Both the position numbers and the translations under genes were made by a program. The notes under the pieces are model-generated. The model saw only the letters and a list, made by a program, of their open reading frames with translations, ran no database searches and was not told the DNA's origin. A stretch of DNA of 64,000 bases, from the NCBI RefSeq assembly GCF_009914755.1, contig NC_060930.1; one strand, given 5' to 3'. This document shows positions 57,906-64,000 of the stretch, piece by piece (within the stretch, counting starts at the first letter, position 1; each line of letters opens with the position of its first letter). Source of the stretch: the human T2T-CHM13v2.0 reference genome, Homo sapiens.

Positions 57906-58513
57906 GGACCACAGAACATTCCACAATCTGGCCCCGTTAATTCATTCAATCGTTTTACCTCCTCCTCCGCTGGGCTGGCATCAGAACCAGCTCCCCACAT
58001 TCCGCTCTGTCCTTCCCTCTGTGCTTTGGTACCTATCTCTCCTTTGTCTGAAATATCCTCTGCTAGTCCCTTCACCGAGTCAAATGTCACCCATCTTTCA
58101 AGGTCCAGTAGGAAAACTCTAATGTTGAAATTGCTTTACCTTCTACAAGAAAATTGCCAGTAAAAAACTAACTTTATGGAGGTTTTGCTATGCATGCTCT
58201 TTACATGAATTATCTCATTTAGTACTCAGAATAGACCTGTGAGGTAAGCAACATTTTGCAAATGATGAGATTAAGTTAATTTATGTAAAGCACCTAGAAC
58301 AGTGCCTGCCCATAATAAAGATTCAATAAACGTTGGCTGTCGTTACGCTTACTGGAGGAATTTAGTCATTTTCCCAGATTACTCAGCAGCAAGTGAAAGA
58401 GCTGGAATTCCAATTCTGACATCAGAGCCCACCCTCTATCTTGCTAAGGGCAAAAGTGCTCTATTTGCACAGCTCCCACCTTGCCAAACTTCTCCAACTC
58501 TTGAATGTTTTAG

Positions 58514-58939
<426 letters not shown>

Positions 58940-58946
58940 TAAAGAT

Positions 58947-59142
58947 CAGTGGTGTGCTGATGAATGTTTAACAACCAGCTCTCCAGGAGGGGAGAGTGAT
59001 GTGTTTGCTGATTTCAGTGGTATAAACATTCCTCCCACAGCCAATTTCAAGATATCAAAGTAAAGTCAATCATCTCAAAGCTCCTGATATTTTAACAATT
59101 AGCTCTTGTGAGTTGGTGCAAGCTGGCTGTGGCACACCACTG
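58947..59142. mobile_element. MER63A-like hAT MITE
   Basis: Terminal inverted repeats cagtggtgtgc / gcacaccactg; ~196 bp. Confidence 0.85.
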
Positions 59143-59529
59143 ATACTAAGGATTGTATCTTGTGCTGTATTCTCTTGTATCTTTCTTAGTTCCACGCACA
59201 GTGCTAAGCAAATAGGATGCATGACCACATATAGGGAGCTTCTGGTTCGAGGTTGTAAATTGCATATAAGCATTTATTCAGCCTACTCCCCAAAATCCCA
59301 TTAAAATGATGATACGCAAAAAATAATACTTCCATGAGAGTGCTTAAACACAAAAGGGTGCCAACAGTCGATTAGAAAATTTGAAAAATGTATGAAAGAC
59401 ACAAAGGCAGACGGAATCCCATTGGTGGATGAACCAGAGGAAATCACAACTGAAATAAGTCCAGATGAGGGCTGCAGTGGAGATGGGAAGTGTATTAGGC
59501 CATTCTTGCACTACTGTAAAGAAATACTT

Positions 59530-59877
<348 letters not shown>

Positions 59878-60045
59878 TCACATCCCCTAGGAAAGAAAAA
59901 AATAATAAAGGGCAGTTCACAGTCAAAAATTACAAGGCCCACAAAGAAATAAATTACCATGAGGTGGAGTCAACAGACCCAGCAAATGGAAGAATCAGCC
60001 CTCAGAGAGCTGCATATAAAAGCAAGCACACTCTAAAAGAGACTA

Positions 60046-60631
<586 letters not shown>

Positions 60632-60805
60632 TTATAGGTACCATCCCAAAATTTTGAATCTACTTTGTTCTTTTAGTAACATAATCTCTCTAGATTAGGT
60701 CTAAACATGAATTACCTTATACCAGATTCTGCTCTGTAGTGAACTGGCCAAGGGGACAATGTAGCTTAATCCCAGTTTTGTAGAATTCAAATTACAGTTT
60801 ACACA

Positions 60806-61063
60806 CAGTCATGAGCCAAGTAATGACGTTTCGGTTAACAATGAGCTGCATATATGATGGTGGTCTCATAAGATTATAATGATAATGGAGCTGAAATATT
60901 CCTATTGCCTAATGAAGTCATAGCTGTCATAACATTGCAGCACAATGTACTACTCGTGTGTGTGTGTGTGTGTGTGTGTGTGGTGATGCTGGTGTAAACA
61001 AACCTGCTGTGCTGCCAGTTGTATAAAAGTCTAACCCATACAATTATGTACATTACATAATAC
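60806..61063 (+). mobile_element. Tigger3a-like TcMar fossil containing a (TG)13 repeat
   Basis: cagtcatgagccaagtaatgacgtttcgg...ggtggtctcataagattataat...ggtgatgctggtgtaaacaaacct. Confidence 0.85.
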
Positions 61064-61495
61064 AGCTGAGAATTTTTCAGAACTAAAGAAAAACATAAAC
61101 AAGTCTTCAGATTTCAGAAGCGTACAAAGGCCCTAGAGGTATAAAAATCAAAAATTAAAATGTCACAATTTGCTACACTATGATGAAACTTCAGAATGTC
61201 AATGATAAGAAGAAAAATCTTAACAAAGGACAAAAGCAAATCTCCTAAAAGCAAAAAGCAAAAAAACATCCAATTAAACCATCATCAAATTTGTCATCAG
61301 TCTCAATAGATGTTTGTAGGAAATGAATGGCATCTTTGGATCCCATGGGGCTAAAGGAAGATAATTCTCATCTTAGATCACGCTCATTCCATACCCAGTT
61401 AAATCTTCATTCAGGACTGAGAATGAAACAAGTACATTTTAAATCAACAATCTTGGGAGTTAGCCACACAATAACCCTTTCTAAAAGAGCTACTA

Positions 61496-61782
61496 GGCTG
61501 GGCTCGGTGGCTCGCGACTGTAATCCCAGCACTTTGGGAGGCCGAGGTGGGCAGATCAACTGAGGTCAGGCATTGGAGACCACCCTGGCCAAAAAGGCGA
61601 AACCCCGTCTCCACTAAAAATACAAAAATTAGCTGCGCATGGTGGCGCTCGCCTGTAATACTAGCTACACAGGAGGCTGAGGCAGAGGTTGCAGTGAACA
61701 GAGTGGAGATCATGCCACTGCACTCTAGCCTGGGCAACAGAGCGAGACTCCACCTCAAAAATAATAATAAAATAAAATAAAA
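61496..61782 (+). mobile_element. AluSx-like with a right-arm internal deletion
   Basis: gaggctgaggcag^aggttgc; TSD taaa(a/t)ga(g/c)ctacta. Confidence 0.92.
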
Positions 61783-62340
61783 TAAATGACCTACTAAAGG
61801 GTTTACTTCAATAAGGAAAACCACAGAATCCAGACAGAAGAAGTCAAGGACAAAATCCAAGGGTGAATAAAGAAATTTGTACATATATTGTCAAATAACA
61901 ATAAGAAATACTGATAACCAACTTGAGAGGACTTTAAAAATAAGATAATGCTGAGTACCAGCCAACAACAACATGGAAGACTGCAGAGGAAAATCTGAAT
62001 GAAAAATTCCTAAGCTTCCTATATTAGTCTGGAGGAGAAGAGAGATACTAATTAACTTTACATTCTTTAAGAATTTTTTAAAATAAATATTAAAGGAATA
62101 GAATTAGAATGTATAATTTCTTAACCAAAAGAGGGGAAAAGAAGGAAAATAAAAGAATAAAAGAATATAACAATGAGATATTGGCAATATCAATAAGGCA
62201 GGAATGAGAGGAATGGGAAAATACCCAAAAATACAAAATCTAAATCAATTCCAAATAAACCTGAATTAACAGCCTAAAAAATATGTTGAGTGATACATAA
62301 TAAGTTATATGAATACATACATATTTTTAAAAATAAATCA

Positions 62341-62694
<354 letters not shown>

Positions 62695-63103
62695 AAGAAA
62701 AATATAAAAACATGGATGGGAAAGATAGTGGCTCCCTCCTGCAGGGAAGGAAGATTGAAGACAGGTACAAAGGGGTTTCAGAGTACCTTCACATTTTTTT
62801 AATAATGAGAAACCAAAAAAAGGAAGAAAGAGAAGGAGGAGGAAGAGGAAGAGGAGGAAGGAAGGAAGATCAATGATGAGCCATTCAGTCCAACACAAAT
62901 AATTGTACACAAACAGGCAACTCAAGAAAACTGCCCCCTCAACAAATTAAAAAGCACAGAAAAACAGATAAGGCATGAGTAAGTACAAAATAAGACCTAC
63001 GAAGGATGATTTAAAAACGGTTTGTCTTCAGTTACTGGTATTGGCTTTGACCTCCTAACTGGAAAAGAAAATGGATTTAATTTGCTAAAAAAGATTGATA
63101 CTA

Positions 63104-63392
63104 GGCCAGGCATGGTGGCTCACGCCTGTAACCCCAGCACTTTGGGAGGCTGAGGTGGCTGGATCATGAGGTCAGGAGTTCAAGACCAGCCTGACCAACA
63201 TAGTGAAACTCCATCTCTACTAAAAATACAAAAAATTAGCTGGGCGTGGTGGCGGGCACCTATAATCCCAGCTACTCGGGAGGCTGAGGCAGAGAATTGC
63301 TTGAACCCGGGAGGTGGAGGTTGTAGTGAGCCGAGATCGCACCACTGCACTCAAGCCTGGATGACAGAGCGAGACTTTGTCTCAAAAAAAAA
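63104..63392 (+). mobile_element. AluSg-like
   Basis: TSD aaaaaagattgata(c/t)ta. Confidence 0.93.
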
Positions 63393-63659
63393 AAGATTGA
63401 TATTAGAGTGAAGGGCGACTATGTGACTCTAGGATATTTTAATATTTGACAGAGTTTAGTGTATGTATTTTAGAAAATCTTGTGTCCTTGAAATATTTAC
63501 AAATAAGAATAATTTGACTAATTTAATAAAGACCTCTTTCTGAAAGCAAAAGGGTACACTACTAGATCACTGGTTCTCAAACTTAGTGATCTGAAAATTT
63601 GGGAGTAAAAAACTGCAAACGGTGTTGAACAAGTAAAAGCAACCTCAGGATGCTTCCAA

Positions 63660-63945
63660 TTCTTTTTTTCTTTTCTTTTTTTGTCTGTCTGTCTCCAAGG
63701 CTAGAGTGCAGTAGTACGATCATGGCTCATTGCAGCACAGACCTCCTGGGCTCAAAAAATCCTCCCTCCTTGGCCTCCTGAGTAGCTGGGACTACAGATG
63801 CACGCCACCACACCTCAGTAATTTTTTTAAAAATGTTTTGTAGAGACGGGCATCTCACTATGTTGCCCAGGCTGGTCTCGACCTCCTGGGCTCAATGATC
63901 CTCCCACCTCAGCCTCCCAGGTGCTAGGATTAAAGGCGTGAGCCA
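63660..63945 (-). mobile_element. AluJ
   Basis: gatcatggctcattgcagc...ctcctgggctcaa; tctcactatgttgcccaggctgg. Confidence 0.9.
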
Positions 63946-64000
63946 ATTCTAAACGCCTCAAGCTAAGGAGGTTCCTCCACCCACCACCATTTGCCAGTAT

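Overview
Human (great-ape-type) euchromatic DNA, mostly transposon-derived, with no recognisable intact protein-coding exon, tRNA/rRNA gene or CRISPR array. All long ORFs trace to L1, Alu, SVA or GC-rich sequence. Repeat family names come from recalled consensus sequences, not a search. The main structure is a ~19 kb nested retroelement stack (about 9455-28310). An ancient L1MC1-type LINE hosts a full-length processed H3.3 (H3F3A/H3-3A) pseudogene, several Alus, an L1MA-type insertion, and a full-length L1PA6-type LINE that itself carries an AluY and a full-length SVA_D; most have readable target-site duplications (TSDs). Other elements include an ERVL LTR+gag remnant, a two-LTR MLT1H-type MaLR, solo LTRs, DNA-transposon fossils and about 27 Alu copies. 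A CpG island (about 37280-38410) has no attached coding exon. It carries TCF/LEF, CRE, GC-box and NRF1 motifs and is flanked by several repeat-free blocks rich in homeodomain/TALE motifs that look like conserved enhancers. I cannot demonstrate a new biological system. The best testable leads are: (1) the L1 antisense promoter/ORF0 pointing into the H3.3 pseudogene ~500 bp away, which could give RNA antisense to H3-3A; (2) an ~85 bp L1MC1-type piece lodged in a MaLR LTR that matches an interval deleted from the host L1 4 kb away; (3) the orphan CpG island with its enhancer-like blocks; (4) two compact palindromic template-switch scars.
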